From an uncultured Clostridia bacterium (GTDB taxonomy: Bacteria; Bacillota; Clostridia; Christensenellales; CAG-314), in assembly GCA_934203075.1 (NCBI GenBank), contig CAKPYT010000046.1:5531-69530 (forward strand): a stretch of 64,000 bases of DNA. Reading direction: 5' to 3'. The stretch's first letter is position 1, and each line of letters starts with the position of its first letter. Positions 18,938 through 30,326 of the stretch are shown piece after piece. A model generated the notes under the pieces. That model ran no database searches. It worked only from the letters and a program-made list of their open reading frames with translations, and was not told the origin of the DNA. Both the position numbers and the translations under genes were made by a program.

Positions 18938-19235
18938 CGTAAAAACCTATTTGGGCTTTGCCGTAAAAAAAGGCAGCGTTATCTACGGGCTGGACGCAAT
19001 GGAGCGTCAGAACAAGGCCCCTTATGCGGTGCTGCTGTGCCCTACGGCGGCACAGAATACCGCAAAAAAAACGGCGGAGTACTGCAAAGCTCGGCACGTG
19101 CGTTTGTTGCACTGCGACGAGCCGTTGGCACCCGTTGTGTATAAAACGAATTGTAAAGTGCTTGCCGTAACGGATCAGGGGTTGGCACAGGCAATTTTGA
19201 AGAATACGGACGACATCACAGAGGCGGAGGTTTAA
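18927..19235 (+). CDS. ylxQ: L7Ae-family ribosome-associated protein YlxQ
   Basis: [16 protein letters not shown] pattern and conserved position between ylxR and infB. TTG start after GGAG. Confidence 0.8.
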   Translation: MKNNVKTYLGFAVKKGSVIYGLDAMERQNKAPYAVLLCPTAAQNTAKKTAEYCKARHVRLLHCDEPLAPVVYKTNCKVLAVTDQGLAQAILKNTDDITEAEV

Positions 19236-19236
19236 C

Positions 19237-21891
19237 TTGACGAACACATTTAATCTAGTGGGAAACGAAGAAGCAAAAGGTTTCGGCAGCCTGAAGGCTA
19301 TTCCTGCCACGCAAAACACATTGGCGGCTACCAACGAAAAGCTGCGGGAAGCAAAGCGGCAGATGGAGGCGCTTGCAAAATCGATGGAAGAAAAAGGGCG
19401 TCAGTTCCGCGCCGCGGCAGAAGAAGCATCTGCAGAAGCGGTCAAGGCTGAGCCTGCGGCAATCGCAGCGGAAGAAAAACCGGCACAGCCGCAACCCTCT
19501 TCCGGGGAGGAACGGCCCGCAGCGGAGGGAAAAGAAGTATCCGTTTCGGAAAAAAGCGAACCGGCAAAAGCAGAACAGCCTGCGGCAATTGCGGCAGAAC
19601 CCGCGAAGCAGGCCCCCGCAAAGGAAGAGAAGCCGGCAGCCGCTCCCGGACAAAAGACGTATGTCGACGAAAAAGGGAACATTAAAGTACGGCGTTTCCT
19701 TGCCGATCGCGTGCCGGCAAAACCGACCGCAACCGCAAACCCGACGACGCGCATGATCGATCTCAATCAGGTGGGGCAGCGGCCGCGTTATAATCGCAAC
19801 GGACAAAACGGTGCGGGGCGCCCGTACGATCCGAATCGTCCGCGGCAGAACAGTAACGGAACCGGTTCCAGACCGTACGATCCGAACCGTCCGCGTCCGC
19901 AGAACCGCGGCGGAGACGTCATTCCGATGGATGTGCCTCTGATCCAAAGGGAAAGCAAGTCGTTCGGTGCCAATAAAAACAAAGGAAACGATCACGGAGA
20001 GGATCGTAAAAATAATTCGCTGAACAAAAAGGCGATGATGAAGCGTTCTTATGCCGAGTCTATGGAAGACGAAGGGCGTTTCATGGGGCGTCGTCCGAAA
20101 GCAAAAAAAGAAGCAAAAACGGTAATTGCGCCGAAAATCGAACACGCCGTGATTGAAACCAAAGAGGTTCAAATCAAAGTGCTGAGCGAAAAAATCGGCA
20201 TTACCGCGGCAGAAATCATTAAGCAATTGTTCAAAGAGGGAATCGTCAAGACCATCAACGACAGTGTGGATTTCGATTATGCGGCAGTGATTGCATCGAA
20301 CTTCGGCGTAACGCTGGAGCAAAAACTCGGGGAAACGTTCGAAGAGCAGATGCTGAAAAACCTGAATGCGGACGATTCTTTGCAGGATACGGAAAAACGC
20401 GCGCCGATCGTTACCGTTATGGGTCACGTCGACCACGGCAAAACCTCTTTGTTGGATGCAATCCGTAAAACAAACGTTACCGGCGGCGAGGCCGGCGGCA
20501 TCACGCAGCACATCGGTGCGTATACCGTAAAAATTAACGGAGAAAACATTACGTTCATCGATACCCCTGGGCACGAAGCCTTCACGGCAATGCGTGCGCG
20601 CGGGGCACAGGTTACGGACGTTGCGATTCTGGTTGTGGCGGCGGATGACGGCGTGATGCCGCAAACCGTAGAAGCCATCAACCATGCGAAAGCGGCTAAC
20701 GTACCCATCGTCGTCGCCATCAATAAAATGGATAAGCCGGAAGCCAATCCGGATCGGGTCAAACAGCAATTGGCAGAATACGGCGTTTTGCCGGAAGAAT
20801 GGGGCGGAGATTCCATCATGGTGCCGGTATCGGCAAAAAGCGGAATGGGAATTTCCTCTTTGCTGGAGTCCGTCCTGCTGGTGGCAGAAATGCGCGAACT
20901 GAAGGCAAACCCGCAAAAGCGTGCGTTCGGTAACGTCATCGAAGCCAAGTTGGATAAAGGCCGCGGCCCGGTTGCAACGGTTCTGGTGCGCAACGGTACG
21001 TTGCACGTCGGCGATAACGTTGTGGCAGGTACCGCCGTCGGTAAAATCCGCGCCATGTTCGACGATAAAGGGCGGCAGGTCAAGGCTGCAACCCCGTCCA
21101 TGCCGGTAGAAGTGCTCGGCTTTTCGGATGTGCCCAACGCGGGAGACTGTCTGTACGCGGTGGATGAAAAACTGGCAAAACAGGTTGCGGACGAACGTCG
21201 CATCAAGGAAAGAGAAGATAAACTGCAATCGACCGCCAGCGTCTCTTTGGACGATCTGTTCGGAAAGATCAGCGAAGGGCAGTTGAAAGTATTGAATATC
21301 ATCATCAAGTCGGACGTGCAGGGTTCGTTGGAAGCGGTGAAAGATTCTCTGATGCGCATTTCCAACGACGAGGTCAAAATCAACCCGATTCACGGCGGGG
21401 TAGGCGCCATTACGGAAACGGACGTTACGCTTGCCAAGGCATCAAACGCCATCATCATCGGGTTCAATGTTCGTCCGGATTCCAACGCAAAAGCATTGGC
21501 AGAGCGTGAAAACGTGGATATTCGCCTGTATCGCGTCATCTATGACGCAGTGGATGCCGTAACCAGCGCTATGAAAGGAATGCTGGCACCGAAGTTCAAA
21601 GAAACGATTCTGGGTCAGGTCGAAGTGCGGGACGTCTTCCGCATCACGGGCGTAGGCAGCGTTGCGGGTGCGTATGTGACGAGCGGCAAAGTTACGCGTA
21701 ACGCCAAAATCCGTGTCTATCGCGACAACGTCATAGTACACGACGGCAGCGTTCTGGATTTGAAACGTTTTAAGGACGAAGTAAAAGAAGTTGCAGCCGG
21801 CTACGAATGCGGTATCTCGCTGGTGAACTACAACGATATCAAAGTCGGCGACGTGTTTGAAGCGTACGTCATGGAAGAAATAAAAGAATAG
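19237..21891 (+). CDS. infB: translation initiation factor IF-2
   Basis: Low-complexity N-terminus followed by the GTPase core [24 protein letters not shown] and NKMD. TTG start 8 nt after GGAGG. Confidence 0.97.
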   Translation: MTNTFNLVGNEEAKGFGSLKAIPATQNTLAATNEKLREAKRQMEALAKSMEEKGRQFRAAAEEASAEAVKAEPAAIAAEEKPAQPQPSSGEERPAAEGKEVSVSEKSEPAKAEQPAAIAAEPAKQAPAKEEKPAAAPGQKTYVDEKGNIKVRRFLADRVPAKPTATANPTTRMIDLNQVGQRPRYNRNGQNGAGRPYDPNRPRQNSNGTGSRPYDPNRPRPQNRGGDVIPMDVPLIQRESKSFGANKNKGNDHGEDRKNNSLNKKAMMKRSYAESMEDEGRFMGRRPKAKKEAKTVIAPKIEHAVIETKEVQIKVLSEKIGITAAEIIKQLFKEGIVKTINDSVDFDYAAVIASNFGVTLEQKLGETFEEQMLKNLNADDSLQDTEKRAPIVTVMGHVDHGKTSLLDAIRKTNVTGGEAGGITQHIGAYTVKINGENITFIDTPGHEAFTAMRARGAQVTDVAILVVAADDGVMPQTVEAINHAKAANVPIVVAINKMDKPEANPDRVKQQLAEYGVLPEEWGGDSIMVPVSAKSGMGISSLLESVLLVAEMRELKANPQKRAFGNVIEAKLDKGRGPVATVLVRNGTLHVGDNVVAGTAVGKIRAMFDDKGRQVKAATPSMPVEVLGFSDVPNAGDCLYAVDEKLAKQVADERRIKEREDKLQSTASVSLDDLFGKISEGQLKVLNIIIKSDVQGSLEAVKDSLMRISNDEVKINPIHGGVGAITETDVTLAKASNAIIIGFNVRPDSNAKALAERENVDIRLYRVIYDAVDAVTSAMKGMLAPKFKETILGQVEVRDVFRITGVGSVAGAYVTSGKVTRNAKIRVYRDNVIVHDGSVLDLKRFKDEVKEVAAGYECGISLVNYNDIKVGDVFEAYVMEEIKE

Positions 21892-21952
21892 TTCGGCTAT
21901 TCTTGCAGGGCAACCGAACGAGCGGTTGCCTTTGCGTTAGAAAGGAGAGATT

Positions 21953-22345
21953 ATGGCAGGAACCAGATCGGAAAAACTGAATGCGGAGTTTCAAAAAAAC
22001 ATTTACGAAGTGTTAACCCGTAAAGTAAAGAATCCGCGGTTAACGGAAATGTTTTCCGTCACGGCTGTGGAGACGGACCGGGAATTGGCAACGGCTAAAG
22101 TTTATATCAGCGTGTACTCCGCCGACGAGGCGAAAAAGCAGGCTACCTTCGAGGCAATTTGCGAAAGTGCCGGCTTCGTGCGGCAAGCGCTCTCCAAAAG
22201 CATGCACATCCGCACCGTGCCGCAGTTTATCTTTTTGAAGGATTCGTCTTTCGACTACAGCGAAAAAATCAATCGTCTGCTGAACGAAGTAAAAGCAGAA
22301 GAAAGCAAACATACGACGGAAAAAAACGAGGAGCAAAATGGATAA
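21953..22345 (+). CDS. rbfA: ribosome-binding factor A
   Basis: RSEKLNAEFQKNIYEVL...VKNPRL...VTAVETDRELATAKVYISV. Confidence 0.92.
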   Translation: MAGTRSEKLNAEFQKNIYEVLTRKVKNPRLTEMFSVTAVETDRELATAKVYISVYSADEAKKQATFEAICESAGFVRQALSKSMHIRTVPQFIFLKDSSFDYSEKINRLLNEVKAEESKHTTEKNEEQNG

Positions 22346-23279
22346 AGTCGCAGAACGAATCGCGCAGGCGTCTTCCGTTGCGCTTTTTACGCATATTCGC
22401 CCGGATGGGGACGCTCTGGGCAGTGTTCTGGCATTGCAGGCAGCGTTAAAAAGCATCGGGAAAAGCGTTACGGTTTACTGTGATTCTCCCGTTCCGGCGC
22501 GTTTGGCGTTTTTAAGCGGTGCGGATCAAATTCTGTCGCAAGGTACGCCGATTGCAGATTTATTTGTGGCGTTGGATTGCGGGGATGCGGATCGTCTCGG
22601 TTGCTTTTCTCCGGTCTTTTTAAAAAAGAGGAATACCTGTAACGTCGATCATCATCTTTCCAATACCAGGTTCGCAGCCTGCAATTACGTGAAAGGCACT
22701 TCGTCCACCTGCGAATTAGTTTTGCAGTGCCTGAGGGCTCTGAAAATCGAGTTAACCGAAGAAATCGCAACGTTATTGTACGTCGGTTTATCTACCGATA
22801 CGGGCAACTTCAGCCATTCCAACACTACGGCAGAGACCTTTGCGTGTGCGGCAACGCTGGCTGCCTGCGGGGTAAAGATCGACGAACTGAATCGCAGGCT
22901 CTACAAAGAAAATCCGTATCGTCGGCTGAAATTATTGGGAAAAGTTCTCAGCGGCATGCGAAGTTACGAGGAAGGAAAAATCATTGTTCTCACCATCACT
23001 TCGCAGGATCTGGCGTCTGTCGGCTGCTCGCTGGATCAGACAGAGGCGTTTGTGGATTATGCCATTTCCGTCGATACGGCAGAAGTGGGGATTGCCGTTT
23101 GCGAGCAAAAGCCGAATACGTATAAAGTCAGCATGCGCAGCCGTGGCAAAGCAGACGTGTGCCGTGCGTGCGGAACTTTCGGCGGCGGCGGACATCGTCT
23201 TGCAAGCGGTTGTACCGTGTGCGGCTTTTTCGAAGACGTGGTGGAGAAAGTCGTGAAAAGCGCGCGGGACGAATTATGA
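22338..23279 (+). CDS. nrnA: DHH/DHHA1 phosphoesterase (NrnA-like oligoribonuclease/pAp phosphatase)
   Basis: THIRPDGDALGS...DCGD...NVDHH...GLSTDTGNF...GGGGH motifs. Confidence 0.85.
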   Translation: MDKVAERIAQASSVALFTHIRPDGDALGSVLALQAALKSIGKSVTVYCDSPVPARLAFLSGADQILSQGTPIADLFVALDCGDADRLGCFSPVFLKKRNTCNVDHHLSNTRFAACNYVKGTSSTCELVLQCLRALKIELTEEIATLLYVGLSTDTGNFSHSNTTAETFACAATLAACGVKIDELNRRLYKENPYRRLKLLGKVLSGMRSYEEGKIIVLTITSQDLASVGCSLDQTEAFVDYAISVDTAEVGIAVCEQKPNTYKVSMRSRGKADVCRACGTFGGGGHRLASGCTVCGFFEDVVEKVVKSARDEL

Positions 23280-24127
23280 ACGGTTTTTTGAATTTATTAA
23301 AACCCACCGGCATGACGGCAAGCGACGTAGTGGTGCGCGCAAGAAAAATCCTCGGCGAAAAGAAGATCGGGCATCTTGGTACGCTGGACCCGGGTGCAAG
23401 CGGCGTTTTGCCGCTTGCCGTGGGCAAGGGTACCAAACTCTTCGATTTTCTGACGTTCAAAACCAAGCGATATCGCGCCTGGTTCACCTTCGGCAGAACC
23501 ACTCCCACGCTGGATAGTTACGAAAACGTCAGCGAACGATGCGGTAATCTTCCTTCCGCAAAGGAAATCGGGCAGGCGTTGCCCAAATTGATCGGTAAAC
23601 TAAAGCAATTGCCGCCGCAGTATTCTGCCTTAAGCGTCGCAGGGGTACGCGCGTACCGCCTGGCACGCAAAGGGCAAACGGTGGATTTGCCCTTACGGGA
23701 AGTGGAGGTAACGGAATTTTGCCTCCTTCGGCAGGAATCGGCGGATACGTTCGTGTTTGATATCGTCTGTTCCGGAGGTACTTACATTCGGTCCCTTTGC
23801 AGAGACCTGGCAGAAGAGTTGAATACCTGTGCTTACATGAGCGCTCTGATTCGGCTTTCTTCCGGAGGGTTTTTGCTGGAGGATTCTTATACGCTGGAAG
23901 AACTTGCACAGAAAAAAGAAAAATGCCTGCTTCCTTTGGATGCTCCGCTTGGAAATATTCCGGTGTGGACGTACCCCAAAGAAGTTGCCGTAAAACTGCA
24001 AAACGGCGTAAAACTGACCGCCCGTTTTGAAGGGCTGCGCCGGATTGTATGCGACAACGTGCTGTACGGGGTTGCCGACAGTGCGGACGGCAAACTGAAC
24101 TGGAAATACTATCTGTTTGGCGGATGA
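23276..24127 (+). CDS. truB: tRNA pseudouridine(55) synthase
   Basis: MNGFLNLLKPTGMTASDVV...GHLGTLDPGASGVLPLAVG. ATGA overlap with nrnA. Confidence 0.93.
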   Translation: MNGFLNLLKPTGMTASDVVVRARKILGEKKIGHLGTLDPGASGVLPLAVGKGTKLFDFLTFKTKRYRAWFTFGRTTPTLDSYENVSERCGNLPSAKEIGQALPKLIGKLKQLPPQYSALSVAGVRAYRLARKGQTVDLPLREVEVTEFCLLRQESADTFVFDIVCSGGTYIRSLCRDLAEELNTCAYMSALIRLSSGGFLLEDSYTLEELAQKKEKCLLPLDAPLGNIPVWTYPKEVAVKLQNGVKLTARFEGLRRIVCDNVLYGVADSADGKLNWKYYLFGG

Positions 24128-25023
24128 AGAACATGAAAACGATTTCTTTCGGTACGGCGTACCGCAAACCCGTCGTGTTGGCTCTCGGATTTTTCGATTC
24201 GATGCACGTGGGGCATCAGCATCTCATCGCAAAAGCGAAAGAACTTTCCGTCGCACGAGGCTGCGAAACGGCGATTTTTACCTTTTGCAACAATCCGTCC
24301 GTGTTTTTTCGTCCGACGAAACTGGTTTATACGCTGGAAGAGCGTTTGGAACGGATGCAGCAATTCGGGGTGGACGTGGTCTTTTCCGCCTTGTTTGACG
24401 AAACGTTCAAAAACAAAACGGCACAGGAGTTTTTGCAGGATCTGTCGCAGTATTGCGTGCAGGCACTGGTCTGCGGGTTCGATTATACGTTCGGCAAAGG
24501 GGCAGAGGGCACGGTCGGCACGTTAAGGGACTATGCAAAGCAAAACGGTATTGCATTGTACGTCTTGCCGGAAGTGCTTTTTTACGGGCAGAAAGCCGGC
24601 AGTACTCTCGTCAAAAAACTGATTCAGGCGGGAGAAATGGAAAAAGCAAGCGAGTTGCTCGGCGGGGATTACTTCCTGAGCGGCACGGTGGAACACGGCA
24701 GGGCGATAGGCCGAACCATGGGGCTGCCTACGGCAAATCTGTCCCGGAACGACGAAAAGCAGTATCCCGCAGCAGGCGTTTATGCGGGCACGGCGTCGGT
24801 GGACGGGCAAACTTATCGTTGCGTCATTAACGTCGGGCCAAAACCTACTTTTGCAGAATCTTCCGAAACGATCGAAGCCCATCTGATCGGGTTCGAGGGG
24901 AATTTGTACGGGAAAAAGATCCGGCTGTATTTTCATCGCAAACTGAGGGAAATCCGGCGTTTTGCTTCGGCCGAGGCCTTGGAAGCGCAGATTTTACAAG
25001 ATATATCGGAGGCTCAGAAATGA
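24124..25023 (+). CDS. ribF: bifunctional riboflavin kinase / FMN adenylyltransferase
   Basis: LALGFFDSMHVGHQHLI...GRTMGLPTANL...IEAHLIGFEGNLYG. ATGA overlap with truB. Confidence 0.93.
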   Translation: MKNMKTISFGTAYRKPVVLALGFFDSMHVGHQHLIAKAKELSVARGCETAIFTFCNNPSVFFRPTKLVYTLEERLERMQQFGVDVVFSALFDETFKNKTAQEFLQDLSQYCVQALVCGFDYTFGKGAEGTVGTLRDYAKQNGIALYVLPEVLFYGQKAGSTLVKKLIQAGEMEKASELLGGDYFLSGTVEHGRAIGRTMGLPTANLSRNDEKQYPAAGVYAGTASVDGQTYRCVINVGPKPTFAESSETIEAHLIGFEGNLYGKKIRLYFHRKLREIRRFASAEALEAQILQDISEAQK

Positions 25024-25889
25024 TTCGTTTCGGACCGAGCGGCAACTCGGAAAGTTTTTATGCAGAAGGATACAAAAATACGGAACAAGCCGCTTCCTGG
25101 TTGGCACAGAAAGGGTTGAATGCCTTTGAGTATTCTTTCGGCAGGGGCGTGCGTATGACGGAAAAGAAAGCGCACCTCATTCGGGAAGAGTTTCGGCGGG
25201 CCGACGTTGCGATTTCCGCGCATGCACCGTATTATATCAATTTCGCCAATCCGGAAGAGGAAATGGTGCTGAAGTCCATCGGCTACGTGTTGGATACGGC
25301 GCGTGCCGTGCAGGAAATGGGGGGAAATCGGGTGGTATTTCACCCTGCAACGGTTGGCAAAGCCACACGGGAGGAAGCGTTTCGACGTACGTACGATCGC
25401 ATCCTTCGCTTGAGGGATGCCATTTACGAAGCAGGTCTGCAAAACGTTTTGTTCTGTCCGGAAACCATGGGCAAAATCAATCAGATCGGCGACCTGACGG
25501 AAATTGCAGAACTGTGTGAGATCGACCCCGTGTTTTATCCTACGATCGACTTCGGGCATTTGAATGCCCGCACGCACGGAGGGTTGAAAACCAAGGCGGA
25601 TTTTGAAACAGTCGTGTGCGTCCTGCGGGATCATCTCCCGTGGGAGAAGGTCAAAAATATGCACGTGCATTTTTCGCATATCGCGTATTCCGAGGGGGGC
25701 GAAGTCAAACACCTGACCAATGCGGACGAGGAGTTTGGCCCGTTTTTCGAACCTCTTGCAGAAGTATTGCATCAATACGACCTGACGCCCGTCATCCTTT
25801 CGGAGTCGGACGGAACACAGGCGGAGGACGCACAACAAATGAAACAAATTTACGAAGCAATTCAAAACTTTGGGAGGCAGAGTTTATGA
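25020..25889 (+). CDS. AP endonuclease family 2 / endonuclease IV-like TIM-barrel protein
   Basis: SAHAPYYINFANPE and VVFHPA...DFGHLNA...HVHFSHI resemble the metal-binding His/Asp pattern of Endo IV-like TIM barrels. ATGA overlap with ribF. Confidence 0.6.
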   Translation: MIRFGPSGNSESFYAEGYKNTEQAASWLAQKGLNAFEYSFGRGVRMTEKKAHLIREEFRRADVAISAHAPYYINFANPEEEMVLKSIGYVLDTARAVQEMGGNRVVFHPATVGKATREEAFRRTYDRILRLRDAIYEAGLQNVLFCPETMGKINQIGDLTEIAELCEIDPVFYPTIDFGHLNARTHGGLKTKADFETVVCVLRDHLPWEKVKNMHVHFSHIAYSEGGEVKHLTNADEEFGPFFEPLAEVLHQYDLTPVILSESDGTQAEDAQQMKQIYEAIQNFGRQSL

Positions 25890-26950
25890 TAGATTATCAA
25901 AAGGTATTTCAACTTCGTCCGGAAATGGATGCGGCACTGATTATTTCTCCGAAGAACAGATTGTATTTTACGGGGTTCCAAAGCACGTTCGGCTATCTTG
26001 TAATCGAACGCACGGCTCTCACGTTTTTTACCGATTTCCGCTATGCCGAAATGGCGGAAGATCTGCAAAAAAAGGGTGTTTTCGTGCAGTTTGCGCGCAG
26101 CGAAGAAGTGCTGCCGATGGTAGAACGATTCTGTGCGCAGCGCGGCTTGCAGCGCCTCGGCATCGAAGAGACGGAATTGACGTTGATGCAGTTTGCGTCA
26201 CTCAAAAAATCATTGCCGAATCATGAATTTGTGAATGTGGGCAGCGCAATTTCGAAAATGCGTCAAACGAAAACGGAAGAAGAGATCGAGAAGATCGCGC
26301 AGGCACAGCATATTACGGACGAGGCCTTCCGGGCCATTCTGAAAGTTCTGAAACCCGGGGTGAAAGAGCGGGATGTCGCCGTCGAGTTGGAGTATCAGAT
26401 GCGCAAAAACGGTGCGGACGGTCTGGCGTTCGAAACCATTATCGCCAGCGGCATCAACGGTTCCAAACCACATGCGCACCCGACGCAGAAAGCGATTGCA
26501 AACGGCGATGCCGTCACGATGGATTTCGGGGCGAGGTTCGAAGGTTATTGTGCGGATATGACGCGTACGGTTTTTGTAGGCAAACCGTCCGACCCGATGA
26601 AAAAGATTTACGAAACGGTTTTGCAGGCGCAACAAAATGCGCTGAAGAACATGCGTGCGGGGATGACCGGCCGTCAAATCGATAGCCTTGCGCGGGAATT
26701 GATTGCGTCTTACGGCTATGCGGATAAGTTTACGCATAACCTGGGGCATTCTCTGGGCATCGATATCCACGAAGATCCGCGCTTTGCACCGTTCTGGACG
26801 GAAGAAATCGCGGAAAACACGGTGATGTCCGTGGAACCTGGCATCTACGTGCCGGGACTTGGCGGAGTTCGCATCGAAGATATCGTTGTTTTGAAAGCAG
26901 ACGGAATTTATAATTTGACAAACTCGGAAAAAAGTATTATAATTCTATAG
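25886..26950 (+). CDS. M24-family Xaa-Pro aminopeptidase
   Basis: Creatinase-like N-domain plus the pita-bread core ([41 protein letters not shown]). Start at the ATG at 25886 (ATGA overlap). Confidence 0.88.
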   Translation: MIDYQKVFQLRPEMDAALIISPKNRLYFTGFQSTFGYLVIERTALTFFTDFRYAEMAEDLQKKGVFVQFARSEEVLPMVERFCAQRGLQRLGIEETELTLMQFASLKKSLPNHEFVNVGSAISKMRQTKTEEEIEKIAQAQHITDEAFRAILKVLKPGVKERDVAVELEYQMRKNGADGLAFETIIASGINGSKPHAHPTQKAIANGDAVTMDFGARFEGYCADMTRTVFVGKPSDPMKKIYETVLQAQQNALKNMRAGMTGRQIDSLARELIASYGYADKFTHNLGHSLGIDIHEDPRFAPFWTEEIAENTVMSVEPGIYVPGLGGVRIEDIVVLKADGIYNLTNSEKSIIIL

Positions 26951-26984
26951 TTATCGGAAACATTTCGTAAATGGAGGATCAAGA

Positions 26985-27545
26985 ATGATTGTAGCAGGAG
27001 ATTTCAGAAAGGGCGTTACCTTCGTGATGGACGGAAATATTTACACCATCGTGGATTTCCAACACGTAAAACCCGGCAAAGGCGCGGCGTTTGTTCGTGC
27101 AAAAATTAAAAACGTGGTAAACGGTTCCGTGTTGGAACGTACGTTTAACCCGTCGGATAAATTTGAAAAAGCAACCATCGAAAGCAAGCAGATGGAATTC
27201 TTGTACAGTGACGGGGAGTTGTACTATTTTATGGATCCCGAAACGTACGATCAGATTCCGCTGAACAAAGCGCAGGTGGAAGACGCTCTGGATTTCATGA
27301 AAGAAAACATGTCTGCAACCATCAAATTCTATAAGGGCGAAGCGTTCTCTGTAGAACCGCCGAACTTTGTAGAATTGCAGGTCGTCAAGTGCGATCCCGC
27401 CGTCAGCGGCAACACCGCAACCAACGCAACGAAAATTGCAGAGTTGGAAACGGGCTACGAACTGCAGGTCCCCATGTTCGTCGAGCAGGACGATATCATT
27501 CGTGTCGATACTCGTACGGGCGAATATATGGAACGCATCAAATAG
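26985..27545 (+). CDS. efp: translation elongation factor P
   Basis: [37 protein letters not shown]... Confidence 0.96.
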   Translation: MIVAGDFRKGVTFVMDGNIYTIVDFQHVKPGKGAAFVRAKIKNVVNGSVLERTFNPSDKFEKATIESKQMEFLYSDGELYYFMDPETYDQIPLNKAQVEDALDFMKENMSATIKFYKGEAFSVEPPNFVELQVVKCDPAVSGNTATNATKIAELETGYELQVPMFVEQDDIIRVDTRTGEYMERIK

Positions 27546-27560
27546 TTTTGTAAAAAGCAT

Positions 27561-27593
27561 AAAAGGCTGCCTCTTTCGGGCAGCCTTTTTTTT
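27561..27593 (+). terminator. Rho-independent terminator after efp
   Basis: GGCTGCC/GGCAGCC stem flanked by A4 and followed by T8. Confidence 0.85.
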
Positions 27594-27879
27594 GTAAAAT
27601 TGCTGCGGGAAACGCCGCAACAACCGTCCTCCGAAAGCGCGATAAAACGGAAGAGGCAATCAGGCTTTTTCCGTATGGAGAAAAACAGGAAAACAGAATC
27701 AACGGCAAAAACGAGGAGGCTTGTCCGGGCGGAAGCAATGTTGCGGAAAGGGGAGCAGCTGCGAACAGAATTTCACGTATAAAAACAAGAAAATCTGTCG
27801 GCATGTCACCTGGGGAGAAAAAACACGGTTTTGAGGCAGATAGCCCCCATCGGAAGCTCAAAAAAGGGAAACGAGGGGA

Positions 27880-27908
27880 TTGTTTTTTTGTTCGTTTCGT
27901 GCTATAGT
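27880..27908 (+). promoter_or_regulatory. candidate sigma-A promoter
   Basis: TTGTTT, 17-nt spacer, TATAGT, about 40 nt upstream of the flavoprotein start. Confidence 0.4.
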
Positions 27909-27949
27909 TAAAAAAATGTCGGATACATCACGATACGGGAGCAAGCAAA

Positions 27950-28492
27950 ATGAGTAAAGTTTTATTTCTTTCTACCAGCCTCAGGGCAAACAGCAATTCG
28001 GAAGAACTCGCAAGAGAGTGCGCGCAAGGCGCAACGGAAGCCGGGCATTCGGTAGAGTTTCTCAGTTTAAAGGGGAAGAAAATCGATTTTTGCATCGGGT
28101 GCCTTGCCTGTCAAAAAACGGGGAAATGCGTCCTGCGGGACGACGTTGCAGAAATAGCGGATCTGGTTTTCCATGCGGATACGCTTGTTTTTGCTACCCC
28201 GGTTTATTACTACGGCATGTGCGGACAAATGAAAACCCTGTTGGATCGGCTCAACCCGCTTTACGGCAGCGCATATCGTTTCCGCAGAGTTTATCTCATC
28301 GCTACGGCAGCGGAAGAAGGGACAGAGGTGTTTGAAGGCACTCGCAGCGGATTAAAAGGGTTTGTCGATTGTTTCGAAGAGGCAGAACTGTGCGAAAGTC
28401 TGGAATGCGGAGGCCTGACGGACGGCGGAGAAGCAGCGGCACGTGCGGAAACAAAGCAACTTGCCCGAAACTTTGGCAAACAATTGAAGTAG
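27950..28492 (+). CDS. NAD(P)H-dependent FMN reductase / iron-sulfur flavoprotein-like protein
   Basis: Flavodoxin-like fold (KVLFLSTSLRANSNS) with the CIGCLACQKTGKC cluster, typical of the Isf/NADPH-FMN reductase family. Confidence 0.75.
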   Translation: MSKVLFLSTSLRANSNSEELARECAQGATEAGHSVEFLSLKGKKIDFCIGCLACQKTGKCVLRDDVAEIADLVFHADTLVFATPVYYYGMCGQMKTLLDRLNPLYGSAYRFRRVYLIATAAEEGTEVFEGTRSGLKGFVDCFEEAELCESLECGGLTDGGEAAARAETKQLARNFGKQLK

Positions 28493-28631
28493 CAAAGATC
28501 AAACGAGCGCGCTGTGCGGAAGCCCCGGGCAGGGAAGAATAATTCGAAAGGAAAGCGATCGATTTTTTCAAAAAGGGGAGTACGCAAACAAACTTTTCGA
28601 GAAAGTACCGTAAAGGGACGAAGGAGGCAAC

Positions 28632-29765
28632 ATGATTTATCAGGAATTTCAAAACTTAAAACTCTCGGCTTTGGGGATGGGCTGCATGCGTTTGCCGGTT
28701 CTGGAAGGAACAACCGTGGTGGACGAAGCCGCAACGCAAAAAATGGTGGACTATGCCATGGAGAAAGGCATCAACTATTATGATACGGCATGGGGCTATC
28801 ACGAAGGGCAGTCAGAAACAGTACTGGGAAAAGCTCTCAGCCGTTACCCGCGCGAAAGTTTTTATCTTGCAAGCAAGTTTCCCGGGTACGATCTTTCCAA
28901 TATGAGCAAGGTGGAAGAAATTTTCGAAAAGCAGCTGCAGAAGTGCGGTGTGGAGTATTTCGATTTTTATATGTTCCACAACGTTTGCGAAATGAATATC
29001 GATGCGTATTTGGATCCCAAATACGGCGTGTACGAATACTTGAAAGAGCAAAAAAGAAACGGCCGGATCCGTCATCTCGGCTTTTCTGCGCACGGAAGTT
29101 GTGAGGTCATCCGTCGCTTTTTAGAAGCCTACGGAGACAGTATGGAGTTTGGTCAATTGCAGGTGAACTGGGTGGATTGGACGTTCCAGAACGCACAACA
29201 AAAAATGGACTTGCTGAAAGAACGGCAGATTCCCGTGTGGGTGATGGAACCGCTCCGCGGGGGTAAGTTGGCTTCGCTGGGCGCCGAACAAACGGCAAAG
29301 TTAAAAACACTTCGCCCGCAGGAAGAAATTCCCGCCTGGTCGTTCCGCTTCCTGCAAACATTGCCGGAAGTGAAGGTCATTCTTTCCGGTATGTCGAATT
29401 TCGAACAGTTAAAAGAGAATATCCGGACTTTCGAAACGGAACAACCTCTCACCTCGGCGGAGTGGGAAGTTTTGCAGCAAATCGCAAAAGGCATGCTCGA
29501 CCAAAAGATACAGCCTTGTACCGCTTGTCGGTATTGCACGTCCTATTGTCCGAAGCATCTGGATATTCCTTCTCTGATCGAGCTTTATAACGAACATATC
29601 TTCACCGGCGGCGGGTTTATCGCCCCCATGGCATTGCTGGCATATGCCGAGGATCAGAAACCTACGGCATGCATCGGCTGTCGCAGTTGCGAAAGAGTTT
29701 GTCCGCAGCAAATCAAGATTTCGGAAGTCATGAAGGATTTCTGCAAAAATCTGAAACAATCTTAA
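28632..29765 (+). CDS. aldo/keto reductase with C-terminal 4Fe-4S ferredoxin-type domain
   Basis: AKR N-terminus (LSALGMGCMRLP...YYDTAWGYHEGQSE) and two Cys clusters (CTACRYCTSYCP, CIGCRSCERVCP). Confidence 0.85.
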   Translation: MIYQEFQNLKLSALGMGCMRLPVLEGTTVVDEAATQKMVDYAMEKGINYYDTAWGYHEGQSETVLGKALSRYPRESFYLASKFPGYDLSNMSKVEEIFEKQLQKCGVEYFDFYMFHNVCEMNIDAYLDPKYGVYEYLKEQKRNGRIRHLGFSAHGSCEVIRRFLEAYGDSMEFGQLQVNWVDWTFQNAQQKMDLLKERQIPVWVMEPLRGGKLASLGAEQTAKLKTLRPQEEIPAWSFRFLQTLPEVKVILSGMSNFEQLKENIRTFETEQPLTSAEWEVLQQIAKGMLDQKIQPCTACRYCTSYCPKHLDIPSLIELYNEHIFTGGGFIAPMALLAYAEDQKPTACIGCRSCERVCPQQIKISEVMKDFCKNLKQS

Positions 29766-29900
29766 AAGTTTTTCGAGGAAGAGCCCGTGGGCAAAAGGCG
29801 CCCGTCGTCCTTTTCCCGAAGTACTTTCGCCTCGGAAAGAGCAGGAGTTGGCGTACGAGGAGGCGCACGTCGGCCTCTGCAAAAGCCGGGGAAGTAAAAA

Positions 29901-29930
29901 ACAGCGCAGTTTGCGCTGTCTTTTACTTTT
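29901..29930 (+). terminator. terminator-like hairpin (copy 1 of a duplicated module)
   Basis: ACAGCGC/GCGCTGT stem preceded by an A-run and followed by CTTTTACTTTT. Near-identical to the module at 30327-30357. Confidence 0.6.
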
Positions 29931-30326
29931 ACTCTGTTTTCGTTTTTGCAAACAGGGAAAAGAATTCATTTCTGCTCCTCACGATCCATAAAGACGATCA
30001 GGAAAGGGCATTTCCGATTTTATCAAATAGAGAGGTCTTTTCTTATAGGGTTTCGCAGGTCGCGATCCAGCATTGGAAAGGGAATTCTATACCATGTGCT
30101 TTCCTTCTGCTTTTTGAAGCCTGCCATATTACAAAATGGGGGGCTGTAAGAAAAGACTTTACAGAGATCGCCACCCTTGGTCCCTCAGGCAGGATTTGTA
30201 AGGAGCAAAGCGACGGAATAGCGATGGTTCGCAAGGGCGCCATCGCGTCACCTGCGAAAGGAGCAGGGGCAAACCAGGTGGCAGAGGTGTGGGCGGCACG
30301 GAAACCTTGCGGCGACAGACGGGCAA

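Noticed and set aside
19819-19896. A tandem 27-nt repeat in infB encoding RPYDPNRPR twice.
   Set aside because: It lies within the low-complexity, poorly conserved N-terminal region of IF-2. It is in frame and typical of that linker, so it is not an independent repeat element.
19255-21393. A 712-aa - strand ORF opposite infB, and a 319-aa ORF at 20424-21383.
   Set aside because: They are antisense to an unambiguous IF-2 gene and have a low-complexity R/F/C-rich composition. This is the typical long shadow ORF of a GC-balanced gene.
27594-27880. A ~290-nt ORF-poor spacer after efp, including the 60-aa track ORF 27600-27782.
   Set aside because: I could find no convincing hairpins, repeats, promoter or Shine-Dalgarno. 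The ORF is K/R-rich with no start context. I left it unannotated.
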